Of a DNA stretch of 64,000 bases, positions 1-8,312 are shown one piece after another (position 1 is the stretch's first letter; each line of letters starts with the position of its first letter). The notes below the pieces were generated by a model that had not been told where the DNA came from, did no database searches, and saw only the letters and a list, made by a program, of their open reading frames with translations. Source of the stretch: Dehalococcoidia bacterium (lineage in GTDB: Bacteria > Chloroflexota > Dehalococcoidia > UBA6926). The position numbers and the translations under genes were made by a program. The stretch spans positions 6,544-70,543 of the forward strand of contig VXMO01000010.1 in NCBI GenBank assembly GCA_009841045.1, read 5' to 3'.

Positions 1-2067
1 AAGAACGAGTACCTGCGGCAGATGCCGGGTCGGATTGTGGGGCGCAGCGTGGACGCGGACGGCCGCGATGCGTTCGTGCTGACGCTGCAGACGCGGGAGC
101 AGCACATCCGGCGCGAAAAGGCGACATCCAATATCTGTACGGCGGAGACATTGGCAGCTATCGCGGTGGCCGTTCATACCGCCGCTCTCGGCCCGCAGGG
201 GCTGCGCGAGGTGGCGTTCAGTTGTTACCAAGCAACCCACAATGCGGCGCGGCGCATTTCTTCTCTGCCCGGTTTCTCCATTCACGGTGGCGAGGACGCG
301 CTATTCATCAAGGAATTCGTGGTCGAGTGTCCGATCCCGCCTGCAGAAGTAAATCGGCGGCTGTGGGAGGCGCACGGCATCATCGGCGGGATCGACGTGT
401 CCGACCGCGTGCCGAACGGACTCCTGTTGTGTATCACTGAAACGTCTACAACGACCGACATTGATCGGCTCGTCAACGCCCTTGCGGGTATCGCGGGGGT
501 ATCTGAAGAGGCGGAGGCGGGAGACGGATCGGCGGCCACTACCCTATCGGATTGGCCGTCGGTCGAAACAGCGCCCGCAGGCGAGGAAACCATCTTGGCC
601 ATCGGCGACGCGGCGGAGAAGCGTGTGCCGTTGCTGCTGGATGTTTCACGACCGGCGCGGCGCGGGGTGACGACGCCCGTTCCGGCTGTCCCACCGGTTA
701 CGCCCCCACTTCCAGAGACGACGCTGCGCAAGCAACTTCTCCTGCCGGAGATCAGCGAGTTGGACGTGATGCGCTATTTCACGCGCATCAGCCAGTCGAA
801 TTACGCCGTCGATACGACTTTCTATCCGCTCGGCTCCTGCACGATGAAGTACAACCCACGAGTCAATGAGACGGTGGCGGGGATGCCCGGGTTCGCGAAC
901 GCGCATCCGTATCTGCCACCCGAGGTGTGCGCGGGGACGCTGGGGGCGCTGTACAGCCTGCAAGAGATGCTGGCGAGCGTGGTGGGGATGGACGCGACCA
1001 GCCTCGCGCCGTCCGCGGGGGCGCACGGCGAGTTGACGGGGATGCTGCTCTTCCGGGCGTATCACCGGAGTCGCAACGATAGCAAGCGCACCGTAGTTCT
1101 TTCGCCGGACTCCTCGCACGGGACGAACCCGGCGTCGGCGGCGATGGCGGGATTCACACTCGTCACCGTGCCGACGGATCCGGTCGGGAACGTCGACATG
1201 GACGCGCTGCGTTCGGTCTTGGGGCCGGAGGTGGCGGGCATCATGTTGACGATGCCGACTACTTTGGGCCTGTTCGACCCAAAGACCGCCGAGATCTGCG
1301 AACTCGTCCATGAGGCGGGGGGGCTGGTGTACGGCGACGGGGCGAACCTGAACGCGCTGCTGGGACGGGCGCGACTGGGCGATATGGGCTTCGACATCGT
1401 GCATATCAACGTCCACAAGACGTTTTCGACACCGCATGGCGGCGGCGGGCCGGGGGCGGGGCCCGTCTGCGTGAAGGAGCACCTGGCGGAGTTTTTGCCG
1501 ACGCCGCACGTGGAACAACGCGACGATGGCCTGTATCACCTCGCCGCGCCGGCGCAGTCTGTCGGGCGCATCGGCTCGGCGGCGGGGAACGTCGGGGTGC
1601 TGCTGCGGGCGTACACGTATTTCCGGATGCACGGGGCAGACGGCCTGAAAGAGGTGAGCGGGGCGGCGGTGCTGAACGCCAACTACATCCGCGCCCGACT
1701 GAAGGACCACTACCATCTGCAATACGACCGTATCTGCATGCACGAGGCGGTTTTCTCGGCCACACGGCAGCGGCGTCAGCACGACGTGCGGGCGGGAGAC
1801 ATCTGCAAGCGGCTGCTCGACCACGGATTCTACGCGCCGACGGTGTATTTCCCGCTGATCGTCGAAGAGGCGCTGATGATCGAGCCGACCGAGACGGAGA
1901 GCCGGGAAACGCTGGACGTGTTCATCGGCGCGATGATCTCCATTGCGCAGGAGGCGTCTGAAGACCCTGACCTGGTGCGGGGCGCGCCGCACACGACGCC
2001 GGTGCGTCGGATTGATGAGGCGCTGGCGGCGCGCAGGCCCGTTTTGCGGTGGATGGCGCGGGATTAA
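1..2067 (+). CDS. gcvP: Glycine dehydrogenase (decarboxylating), 5'-truncated. The C-terminal end of a GcvPA-like domain continues in frame into a complete GcvPB-like domain, i.e. a single-chain or fused P-protein.
   Basis: Frame is open from nt 1. Residues 1-170 resemble the GcvPA C-terminus. From about nt 640 there is a GcvPB-like N-terminus (SRPARRGV...[17 protein letters not shown]) and the PLP-lysine region ([18 protein letters not shown]). No stop codon separates the two domains. Confidence 0.8.
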   Translation, partial: KNEYLRQMPGRIVGRSVDADGRDAFVLTLQTREQHIRREKATSNICTAETLAAIAVAVHTAALGPQGLREVAFSCYQATHNAARRISSLPGFSIHGGEDALFIKEFVVECPIPPAEVNRRLWEAHGIIGGIDVSDRVPNGLLLCITETSTTTDIDRLVNALAGIAGVSEEAEAGDGSAATTLSDWPSVETAPAGEETILAIGDAAEKRVPLLLDVSRPARRGVTTPVPAVPPVTPPLPETTLRKQLLLPEISELDVMRYFTRISQSNYAVDTTFYPLGSCTMKYNPRVNETVAGMPGFANAHPYLPPEVCAGTLGALYSLQEMLASVVGMDATSLAPSAGAHGELTGMLLFRAYHRSRNDSKRTVVLSPDSSHGTNPASAAMAGFTLVTVPTDPVGNVDMDALRSVLGPEVAGIMLTMPTTLGLFDPKTAEICELVHEAGGLVYGDGANLNALLGRARLGDMGFDIVHINVHKTFSTPHGGGGPGAGPVCVKEHLAEFLPTPHVEQRDDGLYHLAAPAQSVGRIGSAAGNVGVLLRAYTYFRMHGADGLKEVSGAAVLNANYIRARLKDHYHLQYDRICMHEAVFSATRQRRQHDVRAGDICKRLLDHGFYAPTVYFPLIVEEALMIEPTETESRETLDVFIGAMISIAQEASEDPDLVRGAPHTTPVRRIDEALAARRPVLRWMARD

Positions 2068-2155
2068 TCTCCCCAAAGCCTCGTGGCTGAGACTAGGCCG
2101 TTCGGCCCGGCGGAGTTGGGTATTAGTTGCGTCCGGTTGAGGGATTGTCGATAAT

Positions 2156-2188
2156 GATTGCAGTGATGGCAGTGATGGCATTGCAATC
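2156..2188 (+). promoter_or_regulatory. Candidate operator upstream of vapB: inverted repeat ATTGCA/TGCAAT enclosing two direct GTGATGGCA repeats.
   Basis: Sequence gATTGCAGTGATGGCAGTGATGGCATTGCAATc lies 25 nt upstream of the antitoxin start. Ribbon-helix-helix antitoxins typically autoregulate at such palindromes. Confidence 0.3.
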
Positions 2189-2213
2189 ATCCGAAGTTTC
2201 CACGGGATAGGAG

Positions 2214-2468
2214 ATGGCCGTGGCCAGCATTACGGTGCGCAATCTGGATGAGAGCCTGAAGAAGCGGCTCCGCATTCGAGCGGCGGAGCATGGCCGGTCG
2301 ATGGAGCAGGAGGCTCGCGACATCTTGCGGGCGGCTCTTGATGAGGACGGTACGCTAGCCCATGGCCTCGGCACAGCCATCCATGAACTTTTTGAGCCGT
2401 TGGGCGGCGTGGATCTGCCAATCCCGTCTCGCGAACCCATGCGCGATCTGCCTGATCTGAGCGACTGA
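2214..2468 (+). CDS. vapB: Ribbon-helix-helix antitoxin, VapB/FitA/StbC-like.
   Basis: 84 aa. N-terminal ITVRNLDESLKKRLRIRAAEHGRSMEQEARDIL is a typical RHH antitoxin. It lies 10 nt upstream of a PIN-domain gene. Confidence 0.75.
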   Translation: MAVASITVRNLDESLKKRLRIRAAEHGRSMEQEARDILRAALDEDGTLAHGLGTAIHELFEPLGGVDLPIPSREPMRDLPDLSD

Positions 2469-2478
2469 GCGGATCCCG

Positions 2479-2904
2479 ATGTTTGTTCTTGACACCAACG
2501 TGGTGTCGGAGTTGATGAGGGAGCATCCGAACGACGGTGTCTTGGCATGGGTGGATAGCCAAGTCGCGGAAACACTGTTCGTCACTGCCGTCACGGAGGC
2601 CGAGATTCGGACGGGCATCGCGATTCTGCCCGACGGCCAGAGGCGGCGTCTGTTGAATGACGCCGCCGAGCGCGCTTTTGGGGTCTATTTCAGTAACCGC
2701 ATCCTGGCGTTTGACAGTGGGGCCGCTCAGCTCTATGCCCTGATTGCCGCTGACAGGAGGGCTGCGGGGCGCCCCATAAGCCAAGCCGATTGCCAGATCG
2801 CGGCCATAGCCCGGTCGCACGGCAGCGCAGTTGCAACCAGGAATGTAGACGACTACACGGGGTGCGGTATCGAGGTGTTCGACCCCTGGTCCGCACGAGT
2901 CTAG
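2479..2904 (+). CDS. vapC: PIN-domain ribonuclease toxin, VapC/FitB.
   Basis: 141 aa. Begins MFVLDTNVVSEL with the conserved acidic residues of a PIN domain; paired with the upstream RHH gene. Confidence 0.8.
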   Translation: MFVLDTNVVSELMREHPNDGVLAWVDSQVAETLFVTAVTEAEIRTGIAILPDGQRRRLLNDAAERAFGVYFSNRILAFDSGAAQLYALIAADRRAAGRPISQADCQIAAIARSHGSAVATRNVDDYTGCGIEVFDPWSARV

Positions 2905-2918
2905 TTGGCGGCGGTCAC

Positions 2919-3950
2919 GTGACTGGCTCCCCAGAGACACGCCCGTTTGGTCCGCCGGAGTTGGGGATTTCCATTGCGCCGTTGGGGGTGGGGGCGTGGC
3001 CGTGGGGTTCGACATGGTACTGGGGCTACGGCAAGTCCTATGGCGAGGATGACGTGCGCGGGGCGTTCCGGGCATCGCTCGATGCGGGTGTGACGCTGTT
3101 CGATACGGCGGAGTTATATGGGCGGGGGAAGTCCGAGAGAATTCTTGGGCGGTTGGCAGGGGAGCTTTCGAGTTCAGGCAATGGAGACACCCCGATGGAT
3201 TCCGGCCCCGCATCGGAGTACGGGGCATGCTTTCGCCGGAATGAGGGGAGTGGGGCTGCACAGCCCTTTATCGCGACGAAGTACATGCCCTATCCATGGC
3301 GGTGGCGGACGGCGGATGTGCCTCGCGCGCTCAAGGCGAGTCTGCGGCGGCTTGGACTGGAGCGCGTCGATCTGTACCAGATCCACTGGCCGGTTGTTCC
3401 CGCGCGGCTGCGGCTCAGGCAGTGGATCGAGGGGCTGATTCGGGTGCATGGCGAGGGGTTGGTGGGAGCCGTCGGCGTGTCAAATTTCGATGCGGATCTG
3501 ACGAAGCGCACTCATGAACTGCTTTCGAAGGCCGGTATTCCGCTCGCGTCCAACCAGCTGCCATATAGCCTGCTTGATCGCCACATCGAGCACGAGGGGC
3601 TGCTGGACGTGTGCAAGGACCTGGGCGTGACGGTGATTGCCTATAGCCCTATCGCAGAGGGGCTGCTAACGGGCAAGTACACGCCGGACAATAGACCCGC
3701 CGGTTGGCGGGGGCGGCGACTGCGCAAGAAGGTTGTCCAAGCGCAGCCGATTGTTGAGGCGCTGCGTGAAATCGCTGGGCGGCACGAGGACAAGACGCCG
3801 TCACAGGTAGCGCTCCGGTGGTTGATCCAGAAGGGGTCGGTGCCGATTCCAGGCGCTAAGACGGCGCAACAGGCGGCGGACAACGCGGGCGCTCTGGGGT
3901 GGGCGCTCACAGACGAGGAGATGCCGGCGCTGGATGAGGTTTCGGCCTGA
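2919..3950 (+). CDS. Aldo/keto reductase family oxidoreductase.
   Basis: AKR motifs LGVGAWPWG, LFDTAELYG.GKSE and IATK. Start assigned to GTG 2919, just after the vapC stop; the longer track ORF from 2790 overlaps vapC. Start uncertain. Contains a ~35 aa insertion after the GRGKSE motif. Confidence 0.75.
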   Translation: MTGSPETRPFGPPELGISIAPLGVGAWPWGSTWYWGYGKSYGEDDVRGAFRASLDAGVTLFDTAELYGRGKSERILGRLAGELSSSGNGDTPMDSGPASEYGACFRRNEGSGAAQPFIATKYMPYPWRWRTADVPRALKASLRRLGLERVDLYQIHWPVVPARLRLRQWIEGLIRVHGEGLVGAVGVSNFDADLTKRTHELLSKAGIPLASNQLPYSLLDRHIEHEGLLDVCKDLGVTVIAYSPIAEGLLTGKYTPDNRPAGWRGRRLRKKVVQAQPIVEALREIAGRHEDKTPSQVALRWLIQKGSVPIPGAKTAQQAADNAGALGWALTDEEMPALDEVSA

Positions 3951-4018
3951 TCAATCGCCTGCTTTACGGGCGGGGAGGCGTCCGCCTACGATTTGCCTAT
4001 ACCGTTCGAGTCGGCGCT

Positions 4019-4813
4019 TTGGGGGAGGACAGACTCATGACGATGCAGTTGGATGACGTTAAGCGAGAGGTGGCCATTGCGAATCGGGTGCTGCCGGATA
4101 TCGGGCTGGCGTCCGGCGTGCTCGGCTCTCTTGGGCACGTGAGCATGCGGGTGCCGGACAATCCTGAGCGGTTCGTCGTCAAGGGGCGCGGCTATGCTAT
4201 CGATGCGCTCGCTCGCGCAGAGCCGGAGGGGATGGTCGTTTGCGACCTGGACGGGTTCAAGGTGGACGGGCCGCCCGGCATCACGCAGTGCTTTGAGGTC
4301 AAGATCCACTCCGCCATCTATCGCGCTCGGCCGGACGTGCAGTCCATCGTTCACGTCCACCCACGCTTTGCCATCGTCATGGGCATTCTGGGCGTCAACC
4401 TCGTGCCGATGTGTCGCGAGGGGCTGGAGCTTGTGGAGCAGCCCGTTCCCGTGTATCCCCACAGCAAGCTGATCCTTACCGAGGAGGACGGCGTTGGCGT
4501 GGCGGAGGCGCTGGGGGACGCGACGGTGCTCCAGCTGCAGGGGCACGGGGCGGTCGCGGTGGGCACGTCGACGGGCGACGCGGTGATGAACATGGCGCAC
4601 CTGGAGGAGCAGGCGCGGATGAACTGGTATGCGTACGCGGCGGCAGGGCCGGGGCACGCCCGAATCACCGAGGAGCAGATTGCCGAGAGCAATTCGCAGC
4701 CTCCAACGTCTGAACTGCCGCACTTCCGGGAGCTGGTGAGCGGCACGCGGGCGCAAGCAGCGGTGGGCGGCGTGTGGCGGCACCTGGCGGCCAACGCAGC
4801 CGAAGGGCTATAG
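4019..4813 (+). CDS. Class II aldolase/adducin family protein (fuculose-phosphate aldolase or ribulose-5-P epimerase-like).
   Basis: Metal-binding His pattern (HSAIY...VHVHP...GHG) characteristic of class II aldolases. Confidence 0.7.
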   Translation: MGEDRLMTMQLDDVKREVAIANRVLPDIGLASGVLGSLGHVSMRVPDNPERFVVKGRGYAIDALARAEPEGMVVCDLDGFKVDGPPGITQCFEVKIHSAIYRARPDVQSIVHVHPRFAIVMGILGVNLVPMCREGLELVEQPVPVYPHSKLILTEEDGVGVAEALGDATVLQLQGHGAVAVGTSTGDAVMNMAHLEEQARMNWYAYAAAGPGHARITEEQIAESNSQPPTSELPHFRELVSGTRAQAAVGGVWRHLAANAAEGL

Positions 4814-4837
4814 CAACAGCGGGGAAGCGGGGGACTT

Positions 4838-5614
4838 ATGGATCTCGGAATCGCGGACAAGGTTGCGCTTGTCACGGGCGGAAGCAGGGGGCTTGGTCGG
4901 CAGGCGGCGCTGAGCCTCGCGGCGGAGGGCGCGAAAGTCGCCATCTGCGCCCGGACGCAGGAGAACCTCGATATCGTCCTGCCGGAGTTGACGGCGGCGG
5001 GGGCACCCTCGGCGGCTGCCATCGCCGCCGACATAACCGATGCGGCGTCGCTTGAACAGCTTCATGGGGCGGTTGTCGAGCAGCTTGGGCCAATCGACAT
5101 TCTTGTGAACAATGCGGGGGCGAGTAGACGGGGTGACGTGCTTGCCATCGGCGAAGAGGAGTGGTCGGACCTGTGGGCGTTGAATGTGCTGGGGCCGATC
5201 CGGCTGAGCCGCCTCGTGCTGCCGGGGATGCAGGAGCGGCAGTGGGGGCGCATCGTGAACGTGTCCTCGATATGGGGGCGCGAGCATGGCGGCGGCGTGG
5301 CGTATATGACGACTAAAGCGGCCCTCATCGCGTTCACCAAGAGCACGGCGCTCAGCTACGCGAAGGACGGCATCCTGATCAATTCGGTCGCGCCTGGGTC
5401 GGTTGTGTTCCCGACGGGCAGTTGGGACCGGTTCCAGACGCAGAATGAGCCGGAGGTTGTGCAGGACTTTATAAAGAACAACCTGCCGATGGAGCGGTTC
5501 GGTTGGCCGGAGCCGGTGGGAGACCTCATCGCGTTCCTGTGTTCGGAGCGGGCGGGGTTTTTGACGGGGACGACGATCAATATCGACGGGGGGCAGTCCA
5601 AGAGTTTGATTTAG
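4838..5614 (+). CDS. SDR family oxidoreductase.
   Basis: TGGSRGLG Rossmann motif, NNAG, and a YxxxK catalytic region. Confidence 0.8.
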   Translation: MDLGIADKVALVTGGSRGLGRQAALSLAAEGAKVAICARTQENLDIVLPELTAAGAPSAAAIAADITDAASLEQLHGAVVEQLGPIDILVNNAGASRRGDVLAIGEEEWSDLWALNVLGPIRLSRLVLPGMQERQWGRIVNVSSIWGREHGGGVAYMTTKAALIAFTKSTALSYAKDGILINSVAPGSVVFPTGSWDRFQTQNEPEVVQDFIKNNLPMERFGWPEPVGDLIAFLCSERAGFLTGTTINIDGGQSKSLI

Positions 5615-5657
5615 GAGCGGCAGTCGGCAAGCGTCTGCGGTAACAAGACCTGATCTG

Positions 5658-7160
5658 CTAGCCGCCAGTTATCGCAAGCCTCGTTTGCGTATCCCCAACA
5701 AAGTAGCGCGGGTCTACCGGCGGCAGCTTTGGGCGGACTGACTTCGACAACATCTCCTGGACGCTCAGGACTTGCAGGCGCGGGTACTCCTCTCCACGCA
5801 ATCGCACCTTGCCCTGTTCTGCGGCAAAGACACGCAGTCGTTCGCGGGGGGGATAGAGTGTCACCATCACGGACATCGGGGAGTTGATGTTTTGGTTGTT
5901 CCAACTCGCTTGCACGCCAAGCAACTTGTCTAGTTCGGGACGGCCCACTTGTCCCTTGTACATCTTCACCTGAATCGGTATGACCTCATCATCCGCAGTG
6001 TAGTAACGCGCATCGACACCACCATCGCCGATCTTTCTGTCGTTGGGTACTGCGTTGAGTAGTCCCGCTACCTTGTCCTCAGCCCAAGCCCAGCCGGGTT
6101 GTCCATCTTCGGAGTCCGACTCATGCAACTGCGCCCGGCGCTCGAAAGCCTCCCACTCATAATCTTCCCATCCCATGCGATACACGGACGGGAACGCATC
6201 GCCGCCGCGACTCTCTAGCCGCTGTTGCATCACCCGTACTGCGATAGCGCTCACGTCGATTCCCAAGTATTTGCGACCCAACATCGCCGCCGCGTCTGCT
6301 GCTGTACCGCATCCACAGAATGGGTCTAGTACGAGGTCGCCCTCGTTGCTACTCGCTGTGATAATGCGCTCCAGCAGAGCAAGCGGTTTCTGCGTGGGGT
6401 AGCCGACAATCTCTTCTCCATAAGGGCGTGGAATGCCACGCCACCAGTCCTCAACAACCTTGCCTTTTTTGTTCGGCCCGTATGTCTTGCCTGGCGCTCG
6501 CGAGTCTTCTCGCGTGAATACCGTGGCTTGGTAGTCTGAATCATAGGGAACTCTCACGTCATCCCTATTGAACAAGTACTTCCCAGTTTTGCTATACCTA
6601 AAGATGATGTCGTGCTTGCGGGGAAAGTCGTTCTTGGGTTGCCCGCCCCCCGAATAACACCACACAATCTCATTCCGCAGGTTCTTCTCCCCGAAGATCT
6701 TGTCGAGGAGGATTCGGAGTAACCAATCAGCGCGATAATCACAATGCAGATAGATGCTGCCTGTTGCCTTGAGAACGCGGTGCATCTCGACTAACCGCAG
6801 TCCCATGAACAGGGCATAGGCAGACATGGGGGAGTTCTTGCCGCTCACAAGACGGACTGCCTCTACCGCATCGCGCAGTTTGCCGACTGGTAATCGCTGA
6901 AACCGTGCCTCGGTTTCCGTCGTCCAGCGCCAGATATCGCGGAGTTGTCTATCAACTTTACCCTTGTCGCCAAATGCGGCGACATAATCGTGATTGGAAT
7001 TGAACGGTGGGTCGAGGTAGATGAGGTCTACCGACTCGTCGGGCAGTTCCCTGAGAATGTCGAGGTTGTCCCCGCAGACAAGAGCGTTGCCCGACAGGTA
7101 GGGCGAACCCGGTGGAGTTGTAGAGATCGGCGTCCGATCGTGGACGTTGGGATTGTCCAT
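5658..7160 (-). CDS. Beta-class N6-adenine or N4-cytosine DNA methyltransferase fused to a C-terminal Mrr-like PD-(D/E)xK nuclease domain.
   Basis: Motif IV LIYLDPPFNSN precedes motif I VLDPFCGCGTAADAAAMLG, the beta-class order. C-terminal ~170 aa carry GDGGVDARYY...IPIQVKMYKG, matching the Mrr catalytic signature (D...QxK). ATG at 7158-7160 has a GAGGAGG Shine-Dalgarno 6 nt upstream. GC is somewhat lower than flanking core genes. Confidence 0.75.
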   Translation of the reverse strand: MDNPNVHDRTPISTTPPGSPYLSGNALVCGDNLDILRELPDESVDLIYLDPPFNSNHDYVAAFGDKGKVDRQLRDIWRWTTETEARFQRLPVGKLRDAVEAVRLVSGKNSPMSAYALFMGLRLVEMHRVLKATGSIYLHCDYRADWLLRILLDKIFGEKNLRNEIVWCYSGGGQPKNDFPRKHDIIFRYSKTGKYLFNRDDVRVPYDSDYQATVFTREDSRAPGKTYGPNKKGKVVEDWWRGIPRPYGEEIVGYPTQKPLALLERIITASSNEGDLVLDPFCGCGTAADAAAMLGRKYLGIDVSAIAVRVMQQRLESRGGDAFPSVYRMGWEDYEWEAFERRAQLHESDSEDGQPGWAWAEDKVAGLLNAVPNDRKIGDGGVDARYYTADDEVIPIQVKMYKGQVGRPELDKLLGVQASWNNQNINSPMSVMVTLYPPRERLRVFAAEQGKVRLRGEEYPRLQVLSVQEMLSKSVRPKLPPVDPRYFVGDTQTRLAITGG

Positions 7161-7230
7161 CCGGTGCCTCCTCGCGGCGTGCAGACATGGTTTCCCGCCA
7201 CAGGAGCACCGGCTGCGCGAGTCCGCGAGG

Positions 7231-7252
7231 AGACATGAGAGAACTCATGTCT
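7231..7252. promoter_or_regulatory. Perfect 9-bp palindrome AGACATGAG-AGAA-CTCATGTCT in the methyltransferase upstream region (candidate operator).
   Basis: Lies 71 nt upstream of the MTase start codon, in the divergent intergenic region. Confidence 0.25.
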
Positions 7253-7426
7253 TTACGCGGATTTCACGCAAAAACGACTCGCGCAAACGGTTTTGTGAAC
7301 CGGTTGCTCCTGTGGCACGGATATTCTGCTAGAGGCGCGGGTCGTGTGTCAATGACGGTGCTTGTCGCACACGGCCCTCCCACTTGTGGGTGAGGGGGGA
7401 GTTGTGGCCCTTGCGGGCCACGGGAT

Positions 7427-7451
7427 GGATTCCGGCCTACGCCGGAATGAC
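7427..7451 (+). repeat. Hairpin repeat, variant copy: GGATTCCGGCCTACGCCGGAATGAC.
   Basis: Same element as at 13317, 15541 and 15591. Stem substitutions are compensatory, so the hairpin is preserved. Confidence 0.6.
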
Positions 7452-7572
7452 GGTGGGGGGGCGGCTCGTGTCTTTTGCCAGGTTCACCCTTCGACAAGCT
7501 CAGGGTGAACGGGCGTGTTGGAGTGATGGGGTGGGGTATACTTACGTCAAGACAGTTTTTGAAACGGTTCAA

Positions 7573-8301
7573 ATGATTAGGAGGTGCCCTACGGCCCCCG
7601 ATACACAAAGCTCGGCCTCGACTGATGAGCTCCGCCCGTGGCGCGAGGGCAGCGAGCGCATCGCCATCTTCATCGACGGTAGCAATCTCTATCACGCCCT
7701 TGAGGAATCCTGCGGACGGACTGATCTCGATTTCGCGGCATTCATCCAGTGGATCGCGGGCGAGCGTCCGCTCTTCCGCACGTATTACTACAACATCATC
7801 CAAGATGAGAAACGCCGCCCTGCCGAGTTCCAGCAGCAGCAACGCTTCTTGCAGGCTCTGAACCTGATTCCCTATTTGGAGACCCGCTTTGGCACGACGC
7901 GCATCCGCGACGGCCAGGTGGTTGAAAAGGGCGTGGATATCATGCTCGCCACGGACCTGCTGTACTACGCGTGGCAGGACTATTACGACATGGCGGTGCT
8001 GGTGTCCGGCGACGGCGATTTCGCCTATGCCATCCAGACGCTTAAGAACCTCGGCAAGTACGTGCAGGTCGTGACGTTCGAATCGAATCAGTCGCCTGAT
8101 CTCTGGGACAAGGCTGATCTGCGCACGCTGCTCACGCCGGACCTGGTTGCGCAGGAGAACCTGTGGGTGAACAAGGAGCCGGCGCGGAAGAGGCGGCGTC
8201 GAACGACGACCGGAACGACGCGCCGGACTACTCGGAAGTCTACAGCTTCGACATCCTCAACATCATCAAACGGCCGGGCGGAGGCTGTGGCGGCGCAGTA
8301 G
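7573..8301 (+). CDS. NYN domain (LabA/PIN-like) protein with an Arg/Thr/Ser-rich C-terminal tail.
   Basis: RIAIFIDGSNLYHA...VLVSGDGDFAYAIQ is typical of NYN domains. Start set at ATG 7573. The longer track ORF from 7384 reads through the hairpin repeat (IPAYAGMT), which is probably non-coding. Confidence 0.65.
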   Translation: MIRRCPTAPDTQSSASTDELRPWREGSERIAIFIDGSNLYHALEESCGRTDLDFAAFIQWIAGERPLFRTYYYNIIQDEKRRPAEFQQQQRFLQALNLIPYLETRFGTTRIRDGQVVEKGVDIMLATDLLYYAWQDYYDMAVLVSGDGDFAYAIQTLKNLGKYVQVVTFESNQSPDLWDKADLRTLLTPDLVAQENLWVNKEPARKRRRRTTTGTTRRTTRKSTASTSSTSSNGRAEAVAAQ

Positions 8302-8312
8302 CCGTTCCTCAG

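Noticed and set aside
646-2190. 514-aa minus-strand ORF antisense to gcvP.
   Set aside because: Arg/Pro/His-rich low-complexity translation typical of antisense frames in high-GC DNA; fully overlaps a confidently identified gene.
2230-3261. 343-aa minus-strand ORF overlapping vapBC and the AKR gene.
   Set aside because: Overlaps three plus-strand genes that have clear family motifs; Pro/Arg-rich translation.
7384-7572. N-terminal extension of the NYN ORF (MWVRGELWPLRATGWIPAYAGMT...).
   Set aside because: This part is the translation of the intergenic hairpin repeat; the start was moved to ATG 7573.
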